Source: an uncultured Acidimicrobiaceae bacterium
Lineage (GTDB): Bacteria; Actinomycetota; Acidimicrobiia; Acidimicrobiales; SZUA-35
DNA length: 64,000 nucleotides
Assembly (NCBI GenBank): GCA_964648795.1
Contig: CAZYMB010000001.1
Coordinates: 62,920-126,919, forward strand
Reading direction: 5' to 3'
Shown here in pieces: positions 1 to 9,106 of the stretch. The notes beneath the pieces are model-generated. The model was not told the DNA's origin. It made no database searches and worked only from the letters and a program-made list of their open reading frames with translations. Made by a program: the position numbers and the translations under genes. The first letter of the stretch is position 1. The number at the start of each line of letters is the position of its first letter.

Positions 1-854
1 GATTTATGGGCGACTTCATCCATAATTGAACTATCGATTTCATGTCCGATGCCAGTAATGACTGGAAGACGACATTGAGTTACAGCCATAACGGTCTCGC
101 GAGAGTCAAAGGCCACCAGATCGGCTTTGGCGCCTCCACCTCTTACAACAACAAGAGCGTCTAGTTCTGGAATATCGTTGGCAGTACTAATAGCACTGAC
201 CAACATTGGGACAGCGTCTAAGCCTTGGGTTCGGCAATCGATAGGCACCAGCTCAAAGTTAATAACACTTTTGTTGATTTCGTCTGCGAAGTCTGCGTAG
301 GCAGCAGACCCGATGCTGGTTATGACACCAACCTTTAGGGTGAGAGTCGGTAGGGGGATTAACTTGTTGCGGTCGAGTAAGTTCTTCTCTTTGAGCTCGG
401 CCAGTAGTTTTGTCCTGTCGGCAGCCATTTGACCGAGTGTGTACTCAGGGTCGATCTGGGACATTCTGAGTTGGACTTTGCCTTGGGGTGCATAGTAATT
501 GACTTGTCCTCTAATTCTTACTTTTACGCCATCGGCCATGCGGGTTCCACCTGCACGAGACAGTGTCTTATTTACATGAGCACGTTCTTTTGAGAACAAG
601 GTGACAGCAATAACTGACTTTGCCTGAGAGCCAAGGGTTTCATCTGAGTCAACAAGGTCAAAGTAGACATGCCCATTTTGACTTCTTGAGATGCCTGAAA
701 GAACTCCTTCAACCCAAACTTGTCTTTCAAAAGCTTCATCGATTGTCTTTGTAATTGCCGAGCAGAGCTCGGCGACGGTCAAGGTATTGGGTTTCTTGGG
801 CACATTATTATCTGGGGTCACGCTCACAGAGTCGATTTCGGCGCTACTTGACAT
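1..854 (-). CDS. xseA: Exodeoxyribonuclease VII large subunit, N-terminal part (runs off the window start)
   Basis: Open on the minus strand from the ATG at 854-852 to position 1. It is absent from the ORF track because it is truncated. My translation MSSSAEIDSVS...TVAELCSAITKTIDEAFERQVWVEGVLSGISRSQNGHVYFDLVD...VGVITSIGSAAYADF...VVVRGGGAKADL...LPVITGIGHEID matches the XseA OB-fold N-terminus and core motifs. An AGGA lies about 10 nt upstream. Confidence 0.85.
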   Translation of the reverse strand, partial: MSSSAEIDSVSVTPDNNVPKKPNTLTVAELCSAITKTIDEAFERQVWVEGVLSGISRSQNGHVYFDLVDSDETLGSQAKSVIAVTLFSKERAHVNKTLSRAGGTRMADGVKVRIRGQVNYYAPQGKVQLRMSQIDPEYTLGQMAADRTKLLAELKEKNLLDRNKLIPLPTLTLKVGVITSIGSAAYADFADEINKSVINFELVPIDCRTQGLDAVPMLVSAISTANDIPELDALVVVRGGGAKADLVAFDSRETVMAVTQCRLPVITGIGHEIDSSIMDEVAHK

Positions 855-981
855 GCGTTTAATCCTACTTCGTTGGCTTCGATCTCGGTTGGGGGATATC
901 TTATAAACAACTCGATTTGTATCTAATGTAAATGCTCAGGCGTTTTCTCTAAGGTATTAGTCACTATTAAGACTTCCGCCA

Positions 982-3540
982 ATGCTCGAACCTACCAAAA
1001 ACTCTATCTTTGAGGCTTTGCCAGATTCCGATGTCCAAATTGATGATGAGCCTAAAGTTAGCAACGATGCTCTTTCTGCCTCCTCGTTGTTTGATGGCTT
1101 AATCCTTCTTAAGTTTGAGCCACGTAGCGGCGACATCAAGGTCAGCTATGTTTCTGACTTTGTCTATTCTGCTGTCGCTGGCAATAGCGGAGGCCTAGTC
1201 ACTGTCGAGAAGCTAAACAGTTTCTTTGGTTTTGGTACACACAATTCGCCTGAATCTTTTCAAGCAATGTGCGCAAATTTACTTGACTCTAAAACACCAA
1301 CCAGTTCTAATTGGTCAGGCCAAGTCAGAACCGACGGCTCGGTTGAGCTTTCGGTCGCTGCAGAATTTCGACTGCTTCCACTTGATCTGCAATCCGAAGA
1401 TTCGGGCTCAGTCAATGTGTTAGTTTTGGTTAGAGATCTGGCAAGAACATCAGCTGGCCATATTGTCGGAGCATCACAACTATTTAGTTCACCAGGAGGT
1501 CTACAAGTAGACTTTGCAAATGAACCGGTAGGTTCTGATGCTAATACTGCCAAGCCGGTCTCGATAGGAAACGATCTCGGACAATATGTTTTTCAGATCG
1601 CAACGGGGTTAGCAAGCTCGATCCGCCCAGAACTAGATGACGAGCATGCTGGCTGTGAAGTCGACGTTTCCGTAGCCATCATTGGTCCGACAGGGCACTT
1701 GTCGCCGGTCGTTCTTGGTGGTTTGCCATTTGAGCTGTTCGACTCTTTGGTGGACCAACTAGATAGAACAGTGGACTCCGAAGAAGTGTCCGAACTTATC
1801 TTAAACAGTCTTTCACTTAGCACAGAGGCAGGCCTTGTTGACCACAGAGTAACTGGTGGTTGGGTAGTGCCGATTGTTGGTTCGTTAGCTCAATTTGGAG
1901 AACTGACCGAGTACGGAGAGATCTACGACTTCGGCCACGCTCAGCTTAGAGACTTTGAGTTGAGTGGGCTAATGGTTGTTACTCGCAGAGCTGTTCCGCG
2001 TGGGCGTTCAAACTTTCGTGCTCCTGATGGCAGGTATGTAACGGGTATGTTTGAAGCCGACCCTCAGCCATGGTCGTTTGGTAACTCTGGTTCTGTTCCC
2101 AAAGTTAAGCAGAATGAACCACCTGTCTCTAAACACCAGAAGCGAACAGAGCTGATGGCTTCTGCGCAGCAACTAGTAGGAGAAGCAATCGAAGCAGCAT
2201 ATCGACTTGCTAGCGAGTCAGCCGTTGGTGCTCATGATTCCTTAACCAGCCTGCCTAATAGAGAGACCGCCCTTGAGCGTCTCCAACAGGTTTTGCAGTC
2301 CAACGACCAAGACCAAACTGATATATCTGTACTGCTTATCGATATCGATAAGTTCCAATCAATCAACCATAGTTTCGGCGCTAGCACAGGAGATTTAGTC
2401 TTAGCTGAAATTGCTTCTCGCTTACTTTCTTCTGTTCGTTTGGGTGATCAAGTTGCACGTATTTCTTCAGATCAATACCTAGTGGTTTGCGCAACCCCTA
2501 AAGACGAGTTAGATCCGAGTTCAATTGCTAAGCGAGTGCTTAACAAAGTTAACGAACCGTTCAGAATGAACGATGGAGCCGAACTTCTACTGACGTCGTC
2601 TGCTGGGCTTGTCAAAGTCATAGATCAAGACACCGAGCCTGTTGATATTTTGAGTCAGGCTGAAAGTGCTCTTAATCGTGCCACTGCTAAGGGCAGAGGC
2701 GAGTTTTGTGTCTGGGATGAAGAAACGCAGGACTTAGTTGGATCTACAGTGGCGATGGAGGTCGCTATTCGCTCTGGTATAGACGCCAAAGAGTTTGTCG
2801 TTTACTACCAGCCACTGGTTGATATTAGCTCTGGTCGCATGGTCGGGGCTGAGGCTTTGGTTCGCTGGGAGAAACCAGATGGTGAAATAGTTAGCCCAAT
2901 CGAATTTATTGGAATCGCAGAAGAATCAGGCCTGATTGTGGATCTGGGGATGCAGATTATTGATCAGGTATGTGAAGACTTAGCCGCATGGCCTGAGAAC
3001 GAAATGGGCAAGCCAGTCGTCACGATTAACCTGAGCGCTCGACAACTCGAGAGCGATATGTTGCTACCAGGTATTATCTCGGCTCTGCGACGTAATAGTC
3101 TGCACCCATCGAGCGTAGGTTTCGAAATAACCGAATCGATGGAAATATCTAACATGGAAGTGGCGCTTGCAACGCTTGCGCGACTCAAAGAATTGAACTG
3201 CAGGATTGCCATTGACGACTTCGGTATTGGGCATGCAACTATGGAGTATCTACGTAACTTCTCCGATGCTGATGCTCTCAAAATTGATCGATCGTTTGTT
3301 AACGGTCTAGCCGGAGAGGCAGAGTCGCTTGAAGATACTGCGATTGTCACAGCTTCGATTGCGTTGGCTGATGCCCTCGGAATGCAAGTAGTTGCCGAAG
3401 GCGTTGAGACGGTAGAGCAACTCAATGTGTTAAAGAAACTGAACTGCCGATATGGCCAGGGTTACGGATTTTCTAGGCCTGTTACTTATCAAGAAGCACA
3501 GCAGCTATGGCTGAAGAGCTTCATATCTCCACAAGATTGA
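982..3540 (+). CDS. Cyclic-di-GMP phosphodiesterase: unknown ~400-aa N-terminal region, degenerate GGDEF domain, intact EAL domain
   Basis: 852-aa ORF. GGDEF-domain hallmarks are present (LPNRE, LLIDIDKFQSINHSFG), but the signature reads SSDQY (2464-2478) instead of GG[DE]EF. All EAL motifs are present: YYQP, EALVRW, TINLS, FEITES, DDFGIGH, LKIDRSF, AEGVET, GQGYGFSRP. Confidence 0.85.
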   Translation: MLEPTKNSIFEALPDSDVQIDDEPKVSNDALSASSLFDGLILLKFEPRSGDIKVSYVSDFVYSAVAGNSGGLVTVEKLNSFFGFGTHNSPESFQAMCANLLDSKTPTSSNWSGQVRTDGSVELSVAAEFRLLPLDLQSEDSGSVNVLVLVRDLARTSAGHIVGASQLFSSPGGLQVDFANEPVGSDANTAKPVSIGNDLGQYVFQIATGLASSIRPELDDEHAGCEVDVSVAIIGPTGHLSPVVLGGLPFELFDSLVDQLDRTVDSEEVSELILNSLSLSTEAGLVDHRVTGGWVVPIVGSLAQFGELTEYGEIYDFGHAQLRDFELSGLMVVTRRAVPRGRSNFRAPDGRYVTGMFEADPQPWSFGNSGSVPKVKQNEPPVSKHQKRTELMASAQQLVGEAIEAAYRLASESAVGAHDSLTSLPNRETALERLQQVLQSNDQDQTDISVLLIDIDKFQSINHSFGASTGDLVLAEIASRLLSSVRLGDQVARISSDQYLVVCATPKDELDPSSIAKRVLNKVNEPFRMNDGAELLLTSSAGLVKVIDQDTEPVDILSQAESALNRATAKGRGEFCVWDEETQDLVGSTVAMEVAIRSGIDAKEFVVYYQPLVDISSGRMVGAEALVRWEKPDGEIVSPIEFIGIAEESGLIVDLGMQIIDQVCEDLAAWPENEMGKPVVTINLSARQLESDMLLPGIISALRRNSLHPSSVGFEITESMEISNMEVALATLARLKELNCRIAIDDFGIGHATMEYLRNFSDADALKIDRSFVNGLAGEAESLEDTAIVTASIALADALGMQVVAEGVETVEQLNVLKKLNCRYGQGYGFSRPVTYQEAQQLWLKSFISPQD

Positions 3541-3693
3541 TAAAGAGGGATGTTTCTGGGGCTCATTGCCGATTTAGGGTCAATTTATGGTATTTATGCC
3601 GCTATCCTTGAATTTGGCGGAAATTTATGGGCGGAGACTATTACCTAGGTAATACTTAGCTCTGATGCTCACCAAGCGTTACTAAACCTAAGA

Positions 3694-5229
3694 ATGACAA
3701 AGGGGTACCCGGTGGACACATCTGGAGAGATCGGACAAAAAGAGTTTGCACGAAAACTCAAAGGCTTTGATGAGACAGAGGTAAGACTCTACTTAAAGCA
3801 CCTGGGTGGAGAGTTCGCCAAGCTAGATGAACAGATCAAAGAGGCACGAACTCGAGCTATCGCTGCCGAAGATCAGCTGATGCTAATAGAGCAGCAGTCA
3901 ACAGATGAAGGCAAATACAACAACTTGAGTGAGCATGTCGATGACTTACTTAAGGGAGCTCAAGGCGTTCGAGAAGATATCCGTAAGCGAGCTGAGTCTG
4001 AAGCAGCCACTATCGTCACTGAATCAGAACACGATGCTAATCGCATCCGAACTGAGGCCGAGCGTGCAGCAGTTGAGCTTAAGACGGAATCTGAAAAGCA
4101 GATGCGTGACACGGAAGCTCATATAGCCCAGCAACTAGACGAAGCTCGCAAACAAGCTGAAGCTATTGTTACAGACGCCAAAACACATGCGGACGAATTG
4201 ACTGAAACAGCTCAGAAGAATCTGGCACGTGATAGAGATAAGTCTTTGGTTGAAGCCGAAAAGACCATTGCTGATACCCAGGCTAAGGTCGACCAGATGA
4301 TGTCAGAGGCTGAAAGCTCGGCAGCCGATGTTTCAACCGACGCAACGGCCAAGGCTGAGATTTTAGTTAACGATGCTCAAGCAAGAGCAGAATCTATCAT
4401 CACAGCAGCTGATGCTAATGCAAAAGCTCGCAACGAAGAACTCGCAATGATCGACGCCAGACTGAAAGAGGCTGACGAATATTTGAGCACAACTCAGGCA
4501 GAAGCAGACGGTTACTCTGCGGCTCGACGTGAAGAAGCTGACACTTATTTCAAATCTAAGTCAGATGAGGCTGACGGCTATTTTCAATCTAAGTTGGTTG
4601 AGGCTGATGGTTACTTCGATACAAAGCGCCAAGAAGCTGATGCTCTAGTCGTGGAACGCCAAGAGGGAATCTTGGAAGAAGCAAAAGAAGCTGAAGAAGC
4701 AAGAGATAAGGCATTGTCCGAGATTGACGATGCTAAAGGTCAGGTCGCTGAGTTACTAGAACGGGCCCGTTCGCAGAGTGAATTTTTACGCCAAGAAGCC
4801 GAGGAAGTTATTCGCGAAAAGGTCCGCAACTATATTGAGCAGAGCGAGAAGCGCATAGCAAGACTGCACATCACTGAGCAGTCAGCTAAAGAACGTTTAA
4901 TCTCGGCGCAGAAAGAGCTTAGTAGCGCTCTAGAGAATGTAACCGTAGATGACCGTGAGGAGCTTGGAGAAGGCACTGACGAAAGCGTCTTGGCTGAAGC
5001 TGAGAAGAGAATGCTTGCGGCCGTAGAGGTTGATATTCGTGATGAACAAGCTAACCCAGTCGTTATCGATATGGATGCTGAGTCTCATACTCCAGCTGCG
5101 GGCTATCGCGATCTTCCAGAGGTCCAGCCTGATAGCAACGACCCACTTTCTCAGTTAGTTCGAGAAGCCATGCAACAAGCAGTGGATACTGCCTCTTCTA
5201 GCGAATCTAGTATTAAATCAGCCGAATAA
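3694..5229 (+). CDS. DivIVA-domain coiled-coil protein
   Basis: 511-aa ORF. The N-terminus GQKEFARKLKGFDETEVRLYLKHLGGEFAKLDEQ fits the DivIVA N-terminal motif (F..x..GYD..EV..FL). The rest is Ala/Glu/Lys-rich predicted coiled coil. The start could instead be the GTG at 3712. Confidence 0.75.
   Translation: MTKGYPVDTSGEIGQKEFARKLKGFDETEVRLYLKHLGGEFAKLDEQIKEARTRAIAAEDQLMLIEQQSTDEGKYNNLSEHVDDLLKGAQGVREDIRKRAESEAATIVTESEHDANRIRTEAERAAVELKTESEKQMRDTEAHIAQQLDEARKQAEAIVTDAKTHADELTETAQKNLARDRDKSLVEAEKTIADTQAKVDQMMSEAESSAADVSTDATAKAEILVNDAQARAESIITAADANAKARNEELAMIDARLKEADEYLSTTQAEADGYSAARREEADTYFKSKSDEADGYFQSKLVEADGYFDTKRQEADALVVERQEGILEEAKEAEEARDKALSEIDDAKGQVAELLERARSQSEFLRQEAEEVIREKVRNYIEQSEKRIARLHITEQSAKERLISAQKELSSALENVTVDDREELGEGTDESVLAEAEKRMLAAVEVDIRDEQANPVVIDMDAESHTPAAGYRDLPEVQPDSNDPLSQLVREAMQQAVDTASSSESSIKSAE
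4501..4665 (+). repeat. Five tandem in-frame 33-nt (11-aa) repeats encoding EAD[GTA]Y[FS]xxKxx
   Basis: GA[AG]GC[ATG]GA[CT] units start at 4501, 4534, 4567, 4600 and 4633, an exact 33-nt period. Peptide: EADGYSAARRE / EADTYFKSKSD / EADGYFQSKLV / EADGYFDTKRQ / EADALVVERQE. Confidence 0.85.
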
Positions 5230-5312
5230 TACAGCGCAATTAGACCGCCCTAGCTGTACCTGCTGATGCCTCAGATGGGGGCGTAGCTGTATAATATATA
5301 TGGGGGCAAATC

Positions 5313-6263
5313 ATGGCGGATAGAGAAGTCTTTCAACAAGGCTCACCGAGGACCCCGGACGCTGTTGGGCTAATTAAGCCAGTTAAAAAACTATTTACTG
5401 AGGCCGGAGTCAAGCTAGGTGACGTTGACTTAGCGGAAGTTCAAATTCGGCTAGGTAAGTTCCAGAATGCAGACAAGGTTCACCATATAAGGGCTCCTGA
5501 GCAGCCAGAGTTGCAGCTTATTCTTTTTGCTTTGTTAGATCGGCTAGTCAAGATAGAAAGCTTGATTGCTACGAACAGGATCAATGGCAAACACTTGTCT
5601 GAGGAACTCACAGACTTAGCAAACAGCGCTGTGAGAAGCAATGTAGCGAAGAAGCTTGATGAAGCGGTTAACAAACTCTTTGTTTGGGCGGCTGACGAAT
5701 CCCGTGATGCACTAGCAGTGCAGGGAGTGGTCTCTGACGACGATTTTAAGCTAGCAAATCAGTTTCAATCTAGCATCGAGAGCCTTGGTTTGATTATTGC
5801 TTCTATAGAGAGCCCTGCTACCCACTATGTGGATCCACGAATAGGCCCCCTTCAAGAATATTTGCGTAAAAGTAAACTGGCAGGAGCATTTGAGACACGG
5901 GTTACTTTGGACACAGTTGAGAGTGAAGGCTCTGAAGTCTCCGTTACATATCCAGAAGAAAAGTTACTCAGGACTCCGGTTCAGAAAACTCCATTTGTTT
6001 TAAGAGCATTTGGGAGCGCTGGGTTTAATGCGACTTTGAATGCACTAATGTTTTTAACAGTTTCACAAGAACGAGAATCTCTAACCATTGATACTGTTGG
6101 TCTTTCAGAACTCACTATCTCTGGATGGACTATCTCGAGGTGGGACAGGCTTTACAAAGTTGACTTCTCCAAACTTGTCGACAACCCAACGGGTACCAAC
6201 ATTATGGAGACCAAAAACAGGCGATGGGGTAGACCAAAGAACCCTGACTTAGGGGCGCTGTAA
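5313..6263 (+). CDS. Hypothetical protein (paralog A), basic C-terminal tail RRWGRPKNPDLG
   Basis: 316-aa ORF with a GGGGG Shine-Dalgarno-like run 6-10 nt upstream. I recognise no family. Shares a FALL[DR]RL block and its length with the next ORF. Confidence 0.6.
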   Translation: MADREVFQQGSPRTPDAVGLIKPVKKLFTEAGVKLGDVDLAEVQIRLGKFQNADKVHHIRAPEQPELQLILFALLDRLVKIESLIATNRINGKHLSEELTDLANSAVRSNVAKKLDEAVNKLFVWAADESRDALAVQGVVSDDDFKLANQFQSSIESLGLIIASIESPATHYVDPRIGPLQEYLRKSKLAGAFETRVTLDTVESEGSEVSVTYPEEKLLRTPVQKTPFVLRAFGSAGFNATLNALMFLTVSQERESLTIDTVGLSELTISGWTISRWDRLYKVDFSKLVDNPTGTNIMETKNRRWGRPKNPDLGAL

Positions 6264-6265
6264 TC

Positions 6266-7207
6266 ATGATAGGAGGCAGACAGCCTTGGTTTCGTCCAGG
6301 TAAACCCAGCGAGGAAGACTTAAGGAGGTCCCTCATAGGTTCCATGGAGAACTTTGCTAGTATCCTGAGGAATTCAGGCATCGGTATTCCTGATGACTAT
6401 GTCAAACTAATGATCGAGATAGCGCTTGACCATCCGGGCTTTAAGTTGCCGCAAAAAACCTTGGAAGGTATGGTTACTTTCGCTCTACTCAGACGTTTGG
6501 CTATCTTAGAGACTATTTCGAACGAGCATAACTCTTCTAAATCTGGTGTTACAAGAGAAGCGACTATAGAGAGCCGTAGGGTTCTACGAATCAGCCTTGA
6601 TGCGGTTGTGCGCTCAGAGAGGGATGAAGGAGTTGATCTTTGGTATAGATCGGGTTTTGAACCGATTCGACGATTTGTTTGCAAGGATATTTTCGCAGAA
6701 GATTTTAGATCGATCCTTGAACTAAGAGAGTACAACAAGAAACATAAACTAGATGAGAAAATAGCTTACGAGGCGAAACTCTTAACGGAAGGCGAAGAGG
6801 ATCTAGAGATCTTGAAACAGAAGCCAGGCTATGTCGCAGCTCTAGTCGTAAAAGCAGTCGGTTTAGACAAATTCCTGAACCTAATTGTGCTTCTTAACTC
6901 GGCTCATACGGGACTAATTCAGTTGGACCCTTCAACAGGGACCCCAAGCTATTGGAACGCAACAATGGATAGCTGGGATGCAATAGAGAAAATGGGACAG
7001 AGGTTTGCCTCCGGGGGTGAAGCCAGTGCTGAACGTAAGCCGCAAGACGCCACTCGACCTAAGAGGGGACCCAAGGAGAACTCCCGAGAGATAGATCCGT
7101 TTACCGGCTTAGCTCCTGGACTTGGGGATGGCGCCAAAGACCCTAAAGGTCGGTATGGGATTAAGCCTGAAGGCTCTGATAAACATGGAAGAGGCCAAGC
7201 GAGGTAG
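6266..7207 (+). CDS. Hypothetical protein (paralog B), Lys/Arg/Pro/Gly-rich C-terminal tail
   Basis: 313-aa ORF starting 2 nt after the stop of the previous ORF (TAAtcATG), which implies translational coupling. I recognise no family. Confidence 0.6.
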   Translation: MIGGRQPWFRPGKPSEEDLRRSLIGSMENFASILRNSGIGIPDDYVKLMIEIALDHPGFKLPQKTLEGMVTFALLRRLAILETISNEHNSSKSGVTREATIESRRVLRISLDAVVRSERDEGVDLWYRSGFEPIRRFVCKDIFAEDFRSILELREYNKKHKLDEKIAYEAKLLTEGEEDLEILKQKPGYVAALVVKAVGLDKFLNLIVLLNSAHTGLIQLDPSTGTPSYWNATMDSWDAIEKMGQRFASGGEASAERKPQDATRPKRGPKENSREIDPFTGLAPGLGDGAKDPKGRYGIKPEGSDKHGRGQAR

Positions 7208-7252
7208 CGGTTGGCCTCGACAAACCTGGCGTCCAGATAGGCTATTTCATAG

Positions 7253-9106
7253 ATGCAAACAATGAGAGCTGCGTGGCCTAGAGACCGCGAAAAAGTGGCG
7301 GATGCCAAGATAGATAAAGAATCAGCGCAGCGCGTGTGGCGTTTCGCTAGCCCTTATCGACGTCAGGTGGTCGGTTTCCTCGTTACGGTTGTAATTCAGG
7401 CATTGCTTGGGATTGTGCCAGCAATTCTGTTTGGGCTCATTATTGACGAAGCAATTCCGCAAGAGAGCTTTGGTTTGCTGTGGATATTTTCTGCGCTAAT
7501 TGTTGGGGCTGCCATTATTTCAGGTGTCGTGAGCTTGGTAGAACGTTATGTGTCATCGCGAATTGGCGAAGGTGTCATCTACGATTTACGTGTTGCTCTG
7601 TTTAATCATGTGCAGAACTTACCGCTGGCTTTCTTCACTAGAACTCAGACAGGAAGGTTAACTAACAGACTCAACAACGACGTTATTGGAGCACAACGTG
7701 CCTTGACAGCGACACTGGGAACTGTTGTTTCTAATGTAATCATCTTGGCAACAACGCTTGTGGCAATGTTTATTGGGGAGTGGCGTTTGACGCTTCTAGC
7801 TTTGGCTTTATCTCCGTTGTTCTTGTTTCCGTACCGTTGGGTTGGTGGTGTGCAACAGAAGATAACTAAGGACGCCATGGATGTAAACGCCTCCATGAAC
7901 TCGACAATGACTGAGCGCTTTAATGTTTCAGGAGCTTTGTTAGTAAAGCTGTTCGGAAGAGGTAAGGACGAACTAGAAGGGTTTAGTTCCAAAGCTGCCA
8001 GCGTTCGTGACATCGGAATTCGCTCAGCCCTATTCACCAGAGGCTTCCTAACAATGTTGACCTTGGTTGGGGCCTTGGGCACAGCACTTGTGTACAGCCT
8101 TGGAGGTTACTTTGTAATTTCCGGTTCTTTCACCATTGGACAGCTAGCGACCATGGGCCTTTTGGTTGGTCGAATCTATACGCCTCTAACAGCGCTAAGT
8201 AACGCCAGAGTCGATGTATTGACCGCTCTTGTTTCTTTCGACAGAGTTTTTGAAGTGTTAGATGCAAAGAGTCCATTGAGCGATTCGCCAAATGCGAAAG
8301 AGCTTGTTTCACCCGAGGGTGAGATTGAATTTAGCGATGTCAGTTTCGCATATCCAAATGCTGACGAGCAAATAGTTCCAGGGTTAGAAACTGAACTAGC
8401 CAAAGAAGAACTTGACATAGAGTCAGAAACAGTTTTGAAGGACATTTCCTTTATAGCCAAGCCTGGCCAAACCATAGCTCTAGTTGGTCCATCTGGTGCT
8501 GGCAAGTCAACCATGCTCTCGCTGATTCCTCGGCTTTACGATGCAACTAGTGGTCAGGTTTTGATCGATGGACAGAATGTAAAAGATCTAACACAAGAGT
8601 CTGTGCGTGCAGCTATTGGTGTGGTTAACCAAGACCCGCATTTGTTCCATGAGTCAATTGGAGACAACCTTAGATACGCAAAACCTGAGGCAACAGATAC
8701 TGATCTAGAGACAGCGTGTCGAGCGGCACAGATATGGGAATTAATCAGCAGTTTGCCTGCAGGCCTAGATACGGTTGTTGGCGAGCGCGGCTATCGAATG
8801 AGTGGCGGAGAAAAGCAACGTCTGGCGATTGCCCGAATGTTGTTGAAGGACCCGACCGTTGTTGTTTTAGACGAAGCAACTTCGCATCTTGACTCTGAGA
8901 ATGAACAACTAGTTCAGCAAGCTTTGGCTGAAGCGCTTGATGGCCGTACAGCGCTAGTAATTGCGCACCGGCTCTCCACAATTGTTGAAGCTGACCAAAT
9001 CTTGGTGTTAGAAAAGGGTGTAATCGTTGAACGCGGAACACACTCAGAACTTCTTGCCAACAATTCTTTATATGCCGATTTGTATAGCCGGCTGGTAAAG
9101 ACTTAG
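7253..9106 (+). CDS. ABC transporter, fused permease/ATPase (exporter type, MsbA/MdlB-like)
   Basis: 617 aa. The N-terminal half has six predicted hydrophobic helices. Walker A GPSGAGKST, ABC signature MSGGEKQR, Walker B VVVLDEATS, H-loop AHRLST. Confidence 0.9.
   Translation: MQTMRAAWPRDREKVADAKIDKESAQRVWRFASPYRRQVVGFLVTVVIQALLGIVPAILFGLIIDEAIPQESFGLLWIFSALIVGAAIISGVVSLVERYVSSRIGEGVIYDLRVALFNHVQNLPLAFFTRTQTGRLTNRLNNDVIGAQRALTATLGTVVSNVIILATTLVAMFIGEWRLTLLALALSPLFLFPYRWVGGVQQKITKDAMDVNASMNSTMTERFNVSGALLVKLFGRGKDELEGFSSKAASVRDIGIRSALFTRGFLTMLTLVGALGTALVYSLGGYFVISGSFTIGQLATMGLLVGRIYTPLTALSNARVDVLTALVSFDRVFEVLDAKSPLSDSPNAKELVSPEGEIEFSDVSFAYPNADEQIVPGLETELAKEELDIESETVLKDISFIAKPGQTIALVGPSGAGKSTMLSLIPRLYDATSGQVLIDGQNVKDLTQESVRAAIGVVNQDPHLFHESIGDNLRYAKPEATDTDLETACRAAQIWELISSLPAGLDTVVGERGYRMSGGEKQRLAIARMLLKDPTVVVLDEATSHLDSENEQLVQQALAEALDGRTALVIAHRLSTIVEADQILVLEKGVIVERGTHSELLANNSLYADLYSRLVKT

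Noticed and set aside
691-906. 71-aa plus-strand ORF at the window start
   Set aside because: It lies antisense to the clearly recognisable xseA reading frame, and I see no supporting motif.
5230-5312. Two GGGGG runs and a duplicated TAGCTGTA, considered as a small structured RNA (6C-like)
   Set aside because: The C-runs on the minus strand are only 5 nt and the TAGCTGTA copies are direct rather than inverted, so no convincing hairpins form. A Shine-Dalgarno plus a -10-like element explains the region better.
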